A stretch of DNA of 64,000 nt, from contig JBMFOU010000003.1 in NCBI GenBank assembly GCA_049969475.1, positions 84,256 through 148,255 on the forward strand, in the 5' to 3' direction. Made by a program: the position numbers and the translations under genes. The notes under the pieces were generated by a model. The model was not told where the DNA came from, searched no databases, and was given only the letters and a program-made list of their open reading frames with translations. Origin of the DNA: Bacteroidales bacterium. Lineage in GTDB: Bacteria; Bacteroidota; Bacteroidia; Bacteroidales; TTA-H9. The first letter of the stretch is position 1. Each line of letters begins with the position of its first letter. Shown one piece after another: positions 17,739 to 27,021 of the stretch.

Positions 17739-18391
17739 TGAGAAACTTCATTTTTTTGATCTTGCTCGTTGTACTTCTGGCGGCCTGCACCCGTACTGAA
17801 ACCTCTTATCACCCCAATGGTAAACTCATGAGCGTGGTGCAAAAGAAACACGGTAAAAAGGAAGGACAGGCGCTATACTACTATCCCAACGGAACCCTCC
17901 AGCAAGAGACCTGGTACCACAAAAATTTGTTACATGGTTTATCGAAAAGATATTGGCCCAATGGCAACATAGAGCGGGAAGAAAACTACGAAAAGGGCCA
18001 TAAAAACGGAGAGGTGAAGGGTTACTACCCAAGTGGTAAACTCTTCTTTAAGGCCCATTACAGAAAAGACACCCTCGATGGTAGCTATGAAGAATGGCAC
18101 GAAAACGGCATGCCTAAGGTAATAGGCCAATACAGCAAAGGCCTTTTTGAAGGCAAATGGGAGTATTTTGATGAAAACGGTTTCAAGTTGGGGGAAGGTC
18201 ATTACCAGAAAGGCACAGGTATTCAGAAAGCCTGGCATTACAACGGCAAACCCTGGCGAATCATTGAGTACAAAGACAACCGAAAAAATGGGCGGCAGGA
18301 GGAATACGACGAGGAGGGACGGCTGGTTAGAATTTCGCAATATCGCAACGACTCGCTGATCAGCACTACATCAACCAATAAGCATCAATAA
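17738..18391 (+). CDS. MORN-variant (YwqK-like) repeat lipoprotein
   Basis: Lipobox LLAAC and repeated G.xxxYYPNG/WxENG units. TAATG overlap (17736-17740) with the preceding permease gene. Confidence 0.8.
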   Translation: MRNFIFLILLVVLLAACTRTETSYHPNGKLMSVVQKKHGKKEGQALYYYPNGTLQQETWYHKNLLHGLSKRYWPNGNIEREENYEKGHKNGEVKGYYPSGKLFFKAHYRKDTLDGSYEEWHENGMPKVIGQYSKGLFEGKWEYFDENGFKLGEGHYQKGTGIQKAWHYNGKPWRIIEYKDNRKNGRQEEYDEEGRLVRISQYRNDSLISTTSTNKHQ

Positions 18392-18448
18392 ATGGGTAAT
18401 GTTTTTGAAAAAGAATACTTTAGAATGAGTATAAAAATTTCCGAAAAC

Positions 18449-18479
18449 GTTGCCGGAAAGAAAAGAACTCGTACTTTTG
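18449..18479 (+). promoter_or_regulatory. gdhA promoter candidate (-33 gTTG / -7 TACTTTTG)
   Basis: GTTG at 18449-18452, a 19-nt spacer, then TACTTTTG at 18472-18479, about 77 nt upstream of the gdhA ATG. Confidence 0.5.
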
Positions 18480-18501
18480 CACTGTTAATTTATTAACAGT
18501 G
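18480..18501. promoter_or_regulatory. Perfect 22-bp palindrome immediately downstream of the gdhA -7 box
   Basis: CACTGTTAATTTATTAACAGTG is followed by TTTTC. It could be an operator or a start-proximal hairpin. Confidence 0.4.
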
Positions 18502-18555
18502 TTTTCATATTAACACAACATATTTCAGAGTTATCAACCTTAAAAATCAGCGATT

Positions 18556-19890
18556 ATGAATCTGGAAAAAATTATGCAGGACCTCGAGAAGAAAAATCCG
18601 GGTCAGAATGAATTTCTGCAGGCAGTACGCGAGGTGCTCGAAAGCATTGAAGGGTTTGTAAACGAGAATCCCCAGTACGATTCACACAAGATTATTGAGC
18701 GCCTTACCGAGCCCGACCGCATCATTCAGTTCAGGGTAACCTGGGTTGACGATAAAGGGGAGATTCAGGTAAATACCGGATACCGCGTGCAATTCAATAA
18801 CGCCATAGGCCCCTATAAGGGAGGTATTCGTTTCCACCCCTCAGTAAACCTCAGCATTTTGAAGTTTTTGGGATTTGAACAAATTTTCAAAAACAGCCTG
18901 ACTACCCTGCCCATGGGCGGAGCAAAAGGGGGTAGCGATTTCAATCCTAAGGGAAAATCCGACAATGAAATTATGCGCTTCTGCCAGGCCTTCATGACCG
19001 AACTGTGGCGCAACATTGGTCCTGAAATGGACGTACCTGCCGGAGATATTGGTGTAGGCGGCCGCGAAATCGGATACATGTATGGTTGGTGGAAAAAACT
19101 TACCCGCGAACACAACGGTGTACTTACAGGTAAAGGACGCAATTGGGGAGGTTCTCTTATTCGCCCCGAAGCTACCGGTTTCGGAGCTGTATATTTTGCC
19201 AATGAAATGCTCAAGCTGAAGGGTGAAGATTTTAAAGGGAAAATCGTTGCCCTCTCCGGTTTTGGTAATGTAGCCTGGGGCGCAGCCCTCAAGGCCACCC
19301 AGTTGGGAGCCAAGGTTGTAACCATCTCGGGTCCTGATGGTTATGTTTACGATCCCGATGGTATTTCGGGAGATAAAATTAACTTCATGCTCGAACTGCG
19401 CGCTTCCAACAACGACATAGTAAAGCCTTATGCTGAAAAATATGGGGTTGAGTTCTTCGAAGGACGCAGGCCCTGGGAAGTGAAGTGCGATATTGCTATG
19501 CCTTGTGCTACCCAGAACGAGCTCAACGAAGAAGATGCCCGCAAGCTGATTGCTAACGGCGTTAAAGTTGTATGTGAAGGCGCCAACATGCCTAGTACAC
19601 CCGAAGCCGTGGCTCTATTCCACGAACACAAAATCCTTTTTGGACCCGGTAAGGCTGCCAATGCTGGTGGCGTAGCTACTTCAGGCCTCGAAATGAGTCA
19701 GAACGGAATGAAGCTTATGTGGTCGGCTGAAGAAGTAGAAGAACGTCTGCGCCAGATCATGGTAAATATTCATGCCAACTGCGTGAAGTACGGAACCGAA
19801 CCCGATGGCTACATCAACCATGTAAAAGGGGCTAACATTGCCGGCTTCATCAAGGTAGCTGATGCTATGATTGACCAAGGCGTTATATAA
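18556..19890 (+). CDS. gdhA: NADP-specific glutamate dehydrogenase
   Basis: 444 aa with LPMGGAKGGSDF (catalytic Lys region) and the GFGNVAWGAA Rossmann motif. Confidence 0.95.
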   Translation: MNLEKIMQDLEKKNPGQNEFLQAVREVLESIEGFVNENPQYDSHKIIERLTEPDRIIQFRVTWVDDKGEIQVNTGYRVQFNNAIGPYKGGIRFHPSVNLSILKFLGFEQIFKNSLTTLPMGGAKGGSDFNPKGKSDNEIMRFCQAFMTELWRNIGPEMDVPAGDIGVGGREIGYMYGWWKKLTREHNGVLTGKGRNWGGSLIRPEATGFGAVYFANEMLKLKGEDFKGKIVALSGFGNVAWGAALKATQLGAKVVTISGPDGYVYDPDGISGDKINFMLELRASNNDIVKPYAEKYGVEFFEGRRPWEVKCDIAMPCATQNELNEEDARKLIANGVKVVCEGANMPSTPEAVALFHEHKILFGPGKAANAGGVATSGLEMSQNGMKLMWSAEEVEERLRQIMVNIHANCVKYGTEPDGYINHVKGANIAGFIKVADAMIDQGVI

Positions 19891-19926
19891 ACCCCTTCAT
19901 ATCATTGAATTTCAATCACCAATGCG

Positions 19927-19965
19927 ATAGGCTGTCTCAAACGTCGGGACAGCCTATTTATTTTT
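19927..19965 (+). terminator. Intrinsic terminator after gdhA
   Basis: 10-bp stem ATAGGCTGTC (19927-19936) / GACAGCCTAT (19948-19957), followed by TTATTTTT. Confidence 0.75.
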
Positions 19966-20379
19966 CATTATAGTGGTTTATTATTATAAGCCTGTTGCCG
20001 AAATTAGGCATAAAACCTTCCAGCAGCCGCCTGAGGCCATATGTTAAAGTAGTATAAAAGGATGATGGCTAGTTGATGGGCATTTATGTTTAAAATGAGG
20101 ATTTGACTCTAGCGAGGAATTAGTATTTGTCTTTAATCCAAGGTAATAAACCTGCAATTCTTTTTTAATTCTCAGAGGGATGTCTCATACATGGTCTGCA
20201 GTATGGAGCCATCTTCATAAGCAAATACAACTAAAGGTAACGCCTGCGATTCGAGGCTGCCATGCCAGGAGGGGATGATAACCTGTTCACAATAATCAAT
20301 AGAAGCCTGCGATACAGCGGGTGTCACAAATAAACAAGACTGTCCAGATTTCTAAAACAGCCTCCTGGCAATCCCTACC

Positions 20380-20799
20380 CTATTGCTTCTCTGAGGCAGG
20401 GGAGGTCTCAGCCTGCATTTGCCGGATCTCTTCCTCCGAAAGGGTTCGCAGGCTGAGCAGATGCCAGGTGACACCTACTCCAACCCCCAGTAATATCAGC
20501 AAAGGCCACAACCGAGGGTAAAGTAATACTCCAGAAACCCCCAGGGTAATCCACAAAGTGGCGATAGCCCTTATTTTAACTTTACGAGTTGTACCCCTGT
20601 ACTTGAGGTAATTATGAATGTATTTACCCAAAATCGGATGATGGAGCAGCCAGGTGCGCCAGCGGGGCGAACCCTTGGTAAAAAACCAGGCGGCAAGCAA
20701 TAGCGGACCTGTGGTAGGTATCAATGGTAAAAAAATACCTGCAATACCAAGCCCAACAAAGAAAAAACCCAGCACAATAAAAAAAACCCTTCCAGCCAC
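20380..20799 (-). CDS. DUF454 (YbaN-like) inner-membrane protein
   Basis: 139 aa; GIAGIFLPLIPTTGPLLLAAWFFTKGSPR is the characteristic YbaN N-terminal motif. Confidence 0.8.
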   Translation of the reverse strand: MAGRVFFIVLGFFFVGLGIAGIFLPLIPTTGPLLLAAWFFTKGSPRWRTWLLHHPILGKYIHNYLKYRGTTRKVKIRAIATLWITLGVSGVLLYPRLWPLLILLGVGVGVTWHLLSLRTLSEEEIRQMQAETSPASEKQ

Positions 20800-20926
20800 T
20801 CGGTATTACTTTAATAGTTAAAAAAAATCGACATAATCAGGGTACTCGTCCAAGCCATTTTTAACGATGTTCAAACATAACAAAGCAGGGAATGTTCGGT
20901 TTGAGAGGCCACGATTTTTAGAAAAA

Positions 20927-23623
20927 TCAAAAGACATTAAATTTCCTGATGAACCAATTTTTGATGGCTTGAGTAAGGGCGGCATATGATATCAGAATAA
21001 GTATCAGGAATAAGAAATAGATAGGAGGCAGAGGCTGCATGCCCAGTATGGAGGCTGCAGGACTGAAAGGAATATAAATGCCTATCAGCATAATAAATGC
21101 AGTTAGCAGCACTACAGGAGGGGTAGCCCAACTCTCAATAAATGGAATCCGGCGTGTACGTATCAGGTGCACAATAAGCGTTTGCGACAACAAACCTTCA
21201 ACAAACCAACCGGATTGAAAAAGAGATTGCTTTTCAGGAGTGTTGGCGCCAAAAAAGTAAAACATCAGAAAAAAAGTAACATAATCGAACACACTGCTGA
21301 TAGGACCAAAAAAGAGAATAAATTTAGTGAGGAAAGAAGCATCCCACTGTTGGGGTTTATTAATGTATTCTTCATCGACCCGATCCCAAGGAATAGTAGT
21401 TTGAGAAATGTCGTAAAGGAGATTCTGGAGCAGGAGTTGGGCGGGTAGCATAGGAAGGAAGGGGAGGAAAACACTGGCTCCAAGCATACTAAACATGTTG
21501 CCAAAATTGCTGCTGGTAGTCATCTTAATGTATTTCAAAATGTTACCAAAGGTTCTGCGTCCGTAAACCACCCCTTTCCTCAAAACATTCAGATCGTTTT
21601 CAAGCAGAATAATATCAGCGCTTTCTTTGGCGATATCAGTGGCCGTATCGACAGAAATACCCACATCGGCATTTTTAAGTGCGCCGGCATCATTAATACC
21701 ATCACCCAGGAAACCCACCGTGTGGCCTTTAGCCTGCAGCACTTTTACAATGCGCATTTTTTGCAAAGGGCTCAGCTTAGCAAAAACACTGATGCGGTCG
21801 ATGCGTTCAATCAGTTCTTCATCGGAGAGGGCATCCAAATCGGGGCCCAATATTATACCATCTAACGGAATACCAACATCCTTACATACCTTTTTAGTAA
21901 CCAGTTCATTATCACCTGTAAGCACCTTAATATCAACACCCAGCTGATGCAGCCTTTGAATAGCTTCAGGGGCTGAGGGTTTAGCAGGGTCAAGAAAACC
22001 TATTAGGCCGGCCACAATAAGATTACTTTCGTCAGCGACAGTATAGTTAGCTCCGCGAGGTTCGAATTCACGAACTGCCAGCAAAAGCACCCGCATTCCA
22101 TCTTCATTCATTTTGCGGGCCTCGGTTAGAATAAGTTGGCGGGTTTTTTCGTCGAGGGGGACAATTTCGTCGGTAAAAATCTGCAACTGACGATCCTCAC
22201 CCGGATCGTAGGCCCGGTTGCATACCTGCAGCATTTCTTCAACGGCACCTTTGCAAATTAGCAGATGACGGCCATCCGTCTTTCGCAACACCACCGAGAG
22301 CCTTCGTCGCATAAAATCGAAAGGAATTTCATCAATCTTTTCATACTCACGCTCCACCTTAAGTTCTTCTTTCAGTTCGGCATGCGAAAGGATGGCCCTG
22401 TCGAGTAAGCTTTTCACCCCGGTTTGATGATAGCTATTAAGGAAAGCCCAGCTTAGTATCTCATCGTCTTCTTCTCCCAGAATATTAACATGCCGCTCAA
22501 GCACTACCTGGTCAAGGGTTAGAGTACCCGTTTTATCGGTGCATAGCACATCCATGGCCCCGATGTTCTGGATAGAATTCAGACGTTTAATGATTACTTT
22601 GTACTTGCTCATCTTGACGGCACCCTTTGCCAGATTGGCTGTAACAAGCATGGGCAGCATTTCGGGAGTCAATCCCACGGCGACAGCTATAGCAAAAAGC
22701 AAGGCTTCAAGCCAGTCGTGTTTAGCCAAACCATTAATCACAAAAATAAGCGGCACCATCACGAGCATAAACCTGATAAGCAACAGGCTCACGCGATTAA
22801 TTCCCTTGTCGAAATTAGTTTCTACCCGCTTACCTGATATGGTTTTGCTGAGAGCACCAAAAAAAGTATTTGCACCTGTGTGAAGAACCACCGCCAGGGC
22901 TGAACCACTCACCACATTAGTACCCATCATACAGATGTTTTGTAAATCGAAAGATGAGCGGTTGGCGGATTCCCTATCCGGTTGGTCGGTTTTTTCAACG
23001 GGAATGGACTCTCCCGTGAGCATTGCCTGGTTGATAAAAAGGTCTTTGGCCTGTAGGATGCGGCAATCGGCTGGAATCATATCGCCAGCCGAAAGATGAA
23101 TGATATCACCGGGCACCAGTTCGGTAAAATCAATATCCACCTTGCCCACTTCTCGCCGAAAAACTGTAGCTTTATTGGTAACCATGCCTTTAAGCTTCTG
23201 GGCAGCCAGGTTGCTCCGGTATTCCTGTACAAAGCGGAGGATTACACTGATGAAAACCATGACCGATACCACGCCTATGGTCTTGTAATCCCGCTCCTCC
23301 GGACTCACTAATAAAACGTCAATGATAAACGAAACCAGGGCAATAAGCACCAGAATACCGATAAATGGATTGATAAATGCAGAAAGCAACTGGCGAAACC
23401 AGGAAGGGGCTTCTTCCTGCTTAACGGTATTGGCGCCAAACTCCCTGAGACGACTCTCGACCTGTTCTGCCGTTAGCCCTGAAAAATCGGAATCTAATTC
23501 CTCAAGGACTTGCTCCTTCGATAAGGCAGCAAAACGCTTGAGTGCGTCGCCGATAATTTTCTCAAAATTGTTTCCATTGCTGCGTACTACAGCCCGTAAC
23601 TTCGACCTGATTTTTTTGTTCAT
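20927..23623 (-). CDS. mgtA: Magnesium-translocating P-type ATPase
   Basis: 898 aa with the DKTGTLT phosphorylation motif, the GDGINDAGALKNADVGISV hinge, TGES, and an N-terminal LTAEQVESRLREFGANTV typical of MgtA/MgtB. Confidence 0.92.
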   Translation of the reverse strand: MNKKIRSKLRAVVRSNGNNFEKIIGDALKRFAALSKEQVLEELDSDFSGLTAEQVESRLREFGANTVKQEEAPSWFRQLLSAFINPFIGILVLIALVSFIIDVLLVSPEERDYKTIGVVSVMVFISVILRFVQEYRSNLAAQKLKGMVTNKATVFRREVGKVDIDFTELVPGDIIHLSAGDMIPADCRILQAKDLFINQAMLTGESIPVEKTDQPDRESANRSSFDLQNICMMGTNVVSGSALAVVLHTGANTFFGALSKTISGKRVETNFDKGINRVSLLLIRFMLVMVPLIFVINGLAKHDWLEALLFAIAVAVGLTPEMLPMLVTANLAKGAVKMSKYKVIIKRLNSIQNIGAMDVLCTDKTGTLTLDQVVLERHVNILGEEDDEILSWAFLNSYHQTGVKSLLDRAILSHAELKEELKVEREYEKIDEIPFDFMRRRLSVVLRKTDGRHLLICKGAVEEMLQVCNRAYDPGEDRQLQIFTDEIVPLDEKTRQLILTEARKMNEDGMRVLLLAVREFEPRGANYTVADESNLIVAGLIGFLDPAKPSAPEAIQRLHQLGVDIKVLTGDNELVTKKVCKDVGIPLDGIILGPDLDALSDEELIERIDRISVFAKLSPLQKMRIVKVLQAKGHTVGFLGDGINDAGALKNADVGISVDTATDIAKESADIILLENDLNVLRKGVVYGRRTFGNILKYIKMTTSSNFGNMFSMLGASVFLPFLPMLPAQLLLQNLLYDISQTTIPWDRVDEEYINKPQQWDASFLTKFILFFGPISSVFDYVTFFLMFYFFGANTPEKQSLFQSGWFVEGLLSQTLIVHLIRTRRIPFIESWATPPVVLLTAFIMLIGIYIPFSPAASILGMQPLPPIYFLFLILILISYAALTQAIKNWFIRKFNVF

Positions 23624-23625
23624 AC

Positions 23626-23661
23626 ACGTACCTCCTTTCGGCCACTTCGCAGGAGGTACGT
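23626..23661 (-). promoter_or_regulatory. Hairpin in the mgtA leader that sequesters the Shine-Dalgarno sequence
   Basis: The mRNA reads ACGTACCTCCT-(14 nt loop)-AGGAGGTACGT-GT-ATG. The stem is a perfect 11 bp, and its 3' arm is an AGGAGG located 7 nt before the mgtA ATG. Confidence 0.6.
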
Positions 23662-23762
23662 AAACGACCCCCTACATAGCTCTTTTAGCCAGTTCTACAA
23701 TAAATTGTCTAGAGTAGGGGTCATCAATCATAGTTGAAAAAATTCTCGATTTTTTGCGGCAG

Positions 23763-23770
23763 CAAAGATA
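23763..23770 (-). promoter_or_regulatory. -7 box candidate for mgtA
   Basis: The - strand reads TATCTTTG (TAnnTTTG) about 140 nt upstream of the mgtA ATG, which implies a leader of ~130 nt. Confidence 0.4.
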
Positions 23771-23803
23771 GATATTTAAATTAAAAACAAATAATGCTAA
23801 CAT

Positions 23804-25087
23804 TTAACCTACAATCACCAGGAAATAATTCTTCTTACCTTTTTGCACGAGTATGTATCGGCCTTGCAGTAGGAAAGAAGTGTCAATGGTAGTTTCTTCG
23901 GTGATGCGGTTTTTGTTAATGCTAACCCCACCGTCCTTCATCATTCGGCGGGCTTCGCCCTTAGACGGGAATATTTGGGTTTGCACAGCCAGAAAGTCAG
24001 CAGCAGGAATACCCCTTTCGAGTTCGGTACGTGCCAGGTTATATTGCGGAACTCCTTCAAACACGCTAAGCAGGGTGGCTTCGTCGAGACGACTAAGCAT
24101 TTCGGTTGTACCCCGGCCAAAAAGTATTTCGGATGCTTCTACTGCAGCCTGATAGTCTGCTTCGGAGTGTACCCTGATGGTGATATCTTTGGCCAGTGCC
24201 TTTTGCAGAATGCGCTGGTGGGGTGCTTTGTTGTGCTCTTCAATCAGGGCTTCAATCTCTTCCTTCTCCAGCGTGGTGAAAATACGGATAAAGTTGGCTG
24301 CATCTTCATCGGCAGTGTTTATCCAATACTGATAAAAAGCATACGGGGTGGTTTTGCGGGGATCGAGCCATAGGGCGCCGGCCGCTGTTTTACCAAATTT
24401 GGTTCCATCGGCTTTTTTCAGCAAAGGAGTGGTCAGGGCAAAGGCTTCACCTCCATCTTTGCGGCGTATGAGTTCAGTGCCTGTTACGATGTTTCCCCAT
24501 TGGTCGCTGCCACCCATTTGCAAACGGCAACCCATGTTTTTATAGAGCCAATAAAAATCGTAACCCTGCACGAGTTGGTAAGAAAACTCGGTGAACGACA
24601 TACCGTTTTCGAGCCGCTTTTGCACCGAATCTTTGGCCAGCATATAATTAACGGTAATGTGCTTACCTATATCGCGGATAAAATCGAGGAATTCGAAGCC
24701 CTTAAACCAGTCGTAATTGTTAACCATGATGGCTGCATTGCCGGGGGCATCAAAGTCAATAAACTTCTCGAGTTGTTTTTTAATGCCTGCCAAATTAAAT
24801 TCCAATTGCTCGCGGGTGAGCAGGTTGCGTTCTTCGCTTTTTCCTGAAGGATCTCCTACCATGCCAGTGGCCCCTCCCACCAGGGCAATAGGGATGTGGC
24901 CGCAGCGCTGAAAATGGACCAAAGTCATTATTTGTACCAGATGACCAATATGCAAGGAATCGGCCGTGGGGTCGAAACCAATGTAACCCCTAGCTGGTCC
25001 CTGCATAAGGTATTCCTCAGTACCAGGCATCATGTCGTGAACCATGCCCCTCCAGCGAAGTTCTTCAACAAAGTTTTTCATTAACAT
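23804..25087 (-). CDS. tyrS: Tyrosine--tRNA ligase
   Basis: HIGHLV (HIGH) and KFGKT (KMSKS-like) motifs plus a C-terminal S4-like domain. I chose the ATG at 25087 ([14 protein letters not shown]); the 37-codon upstream extension is not TyrRS-like. Confidence 0.93.
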   Translation of the reverse strand: MLMKNFVEELRWRGMVHDMMPGTEEYLMQGPARGYIGFDPTADSLHIGHLVQIMTLVHFQRCGHIPIALVGGATGMVGDPSGKSEERNLLTREQLEFNLAGIKKQLEKFIDFDAPGNAAIMVNNYDWFKGFEFLDFIRDIGKHITVNYMLAKDSVQKRLENGMSFTEFSYQLVQGYDFYWLYKNMGCRLQMGGSDQWGNIVTGTELIRRKDGGEAFALTTPLLKKADGTKFGKTAAGALWLDPRKTTPYAFYQYWINTADEDAANFIRIFTTLEKEEIEALIEEHNKAPHQRILQKALAKDITIRVHSEADYQAAVEASEILFGRGTTEMLSRLDEATLLSVFEGVPQYNLARTELERGIPAADFLAVQTQIFPSKGEARRMMKDGGVSINKNRITEETTIDTSFLLQGRYILVQKGKKNYFLVIVG

Positions 25088-25210
25088 AAATTTTTTGAAA
25101 AGTGAAAGCAACTGCTCCCCTTCAGGCCGGTCAGGTAATTCCCGATTCCTAATGGGCAACGGGGTGCAAAAATACAACCTTATCCTCAATGGCTGCAAAT
25201 ACCTAATTTT

Positions 25211-26227
25211 GTGGCCATGATACTTGTTACAGGAAGCAACGGATTAGTAGGCTCGCACATCCTCCTCGAACTGCTGACGCAGGGAGCTGAAGTAAAAGCG
25301 CTGGTGCGCAGCGATAGGGCCATCACCCAGATACGCCGTACCCTCTCTTTGTATAGAGACGATGCTGACACACTTATTTCCCGAATAACATTTGCTGAAG
25401 GAGATGTAAACGATATCCCCTCACTGGAGAAGGCTTTTGAAGGAGTGAAGGCCGTATGCCACTGCGCGGCTATTGTCTCTTTCCATCCCCGCGACAAAGA
25501 GGCTTTGCTCAGAGTAAATGTGGAAGGCACCGCCCATGTAGTCAATCTGGCTTTGCACACAGGGGTTGAAAAGTTTTGTCATATAAGTAGCATTGCTGTG
25601 CTGGGCGAAAAACCAGGAGAAACCATTAAGGAGGATCCTCTATTCGACAGCATGCCCAAAGGCACCTGGTATGCCCGTAGCAAATTTATGGCCGAAAGAG
25701 AGGTATGGAGGGGCATAGAAGAAGGTTTGCCGGCAGTCATACTTAATCCATCTGTCATACTGGGCCCGGGTGATTGGACGCGCGGCAGCTCGCAACTTTT
25801 TACGCTGGTTTATAAAGGTTTAAAATTCTATGCCGACGGGGTTACCGGATATGTGGATGTGAGAGATGTGGCCAGGGCCGCCGCTATGGCGTTGCAAAGC
25901 GACGTCATGGGCGAAAGATTTATTCTTAATGGCCAAAATTTAAGTTTCAAAGATTTGTTTTGGGGTATGGCCGATGCACTGGGGCGACCGCGCCCCAATA
26001 TCAAGGTTACACGCCCCCTGGCTGAACTGGTATGGCGCCTGAGCTGGTTGGGCGAAAAACTAACAGGCAAACCCACGGCCATCACCCAAGAAACGGTACG
26101 TTCTGCCTTTCAGTTTTATTATTACTCGGCTGAAAAATTTGAAAAACGGTTTGGCTTTCATTTCACCCCTATTCAAAAAACTATTGAAGATACAGCCCGT
26201 ATCTTTCTAAGGGAAAATACGAAATAA
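25211..26227 (+). CDS. NAD-dependent epimerase/dehydratase family (extended SDR) protein
   Basis: [12 protein letters not shown] Rossmann motif and a YARSK catalytic Tyr-x3-Lys; 338 aa. Confidence 0.85.
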   Translation: MAMILVTGSNGLVGSHILLELLTQGAEVKALVRSDRAITQIRRTLSLYRDDADTLISRITFAEGDVNDIPSLEKAFEGVKAVCHCAAIVSFHPRDKEALLRVNVEGTAHVVNLALHTGVEKFCHISSIAVLGEKPGETIKEDPLFDSMPKGTWYARSKFMAEREVWRGIEEGLPAVILNPSVILGPGDWTRGSSQLFTLVYKGLKFYADGVTGYVDVRDVARAAAMALQSDVMGERFILNGQNLSFKDLFWGMADALGRPRPNIKVTRPLAELVWRLSWLGEKLTGKPTAITQETVRSAFQFYYYSAEKFEKRFGFHFTPIQKTIEDTARIFLRENTK

Positions 26228-26239
26228 TACTTTCTACTA

Positions 26240-26962
26240 TCAAATCCAACCTTTCAGCCAATACCAGGCAATGGCTATATATTCCCTCAGGACGGTAATC
26301 TCAAGTTTCAGATAGTTCCAGAAATCGTATCTGAGCAAAGGCCAGTTGTCGGGTGTGGTTTCCAGCACCGAGTCCTTACCATTGGGCAAAAGATGATCGG
26401 CCGGTAACTCACTGCTGAACGAGGCCATCGAAGAAACATTACGAAAACCCAGCTTGCGAAATGTGGCCACACTCCTATAGGTATGCTCCGGAGAGGTAAT
26501 TACCATGAGGCAACTAGTGGTATCAGATCCCAGCATCTGTTTGATATTCAATGCCTGGCTTCGGGTGTTGATGCCCTTGAGCTCGTACATAATTCTTGTG
26601 GAATCGACACCCCGCAGTATCAGTTCACGGGCCATACGCTGTGGGTGACTATCCTCGAAATACCGAAAATCCACCGGAAGGGCCACTATAACTTTTGCAT
26701 GGGGAAATTTTCTGGCAGCCAACGCAGTATAATAGCATCGCATGAGCCCCTCTGGCCCGGGCATACCCCCTGCCCCCATCACAACGATGTATACAGGTTG
26801 ACATGATTTGTTTCCGGCCTTACCCAGACGGTACCAGGCCCAGAAAGGCAGGCTCGTGAAACTAAGAACCCCCATGAGCAGCGCCAGGATACCCAGCCCG
26901 AAAGTTAAACCCTTCAGAAAAATGAGTATCCTTCTTAACCCGCCCACGCTTTTGAATGCCAT
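26240..26962 (-). CDS. DUF218 (YdcF/ElyC/SanA-like) membrane-anchored protein
   Basis: N-terminal TM helix, then IVVMGAGG... and ...ITSPEHTYRS motifs typical of DUF218. Confidence 0.8.
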   Translation of the reverse strand: MAFKSVGGLRRILIFLKGLTFGLGILALLMGVLSFTSLPFWAWYRLGKAGNKSCQPVYIVVMGAGGMPGPEGLMRCYYTALAARKFPHAKVIVALPVDFRYFEDSHPQRMARELILRGVDSTRIMYELKGINTRSQALNIKQMLGSDTTSCLMVITSPEHTYRSVATFRKLGFRNVSSMASFSSELPADHLLPNGKDSVLETTPDNWPLLRYDFWNYLKLEITVLREYIAIAWYWLKGWI

Positions 26963-27021
26963 GCTACTATAGTTGACATCACAAAAGTAAAGAAACCGTC
27001 CGGCATGCCCGCATTATTCTC

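Noticed and set aside
23624-23803. An M-box (ykoK) Mg2+ riboswitch in the mgtA leader.
   Set aside because: The leader is only ~130 nt, and I could not recognise the conserved M-box core helices or sequence blocks. It is reported instead as an uncharacterised SD-sequestering leader.
25088-25198. N-terminal extensions proposed by the ORF track for tyrS. Similar cases: rpsO (4012-4074), USP (49779-49880), manA (44817-44834), DUF456 (16459-16503) and the hypothetical protein (32236-32277).
   Set aside because: The extension peptides do not match the conserved family N-termini. Internal ATGs give canonical N-termini, and for manA and the polybasic protein the upstream alternative start overlaps a -7 promoter box.
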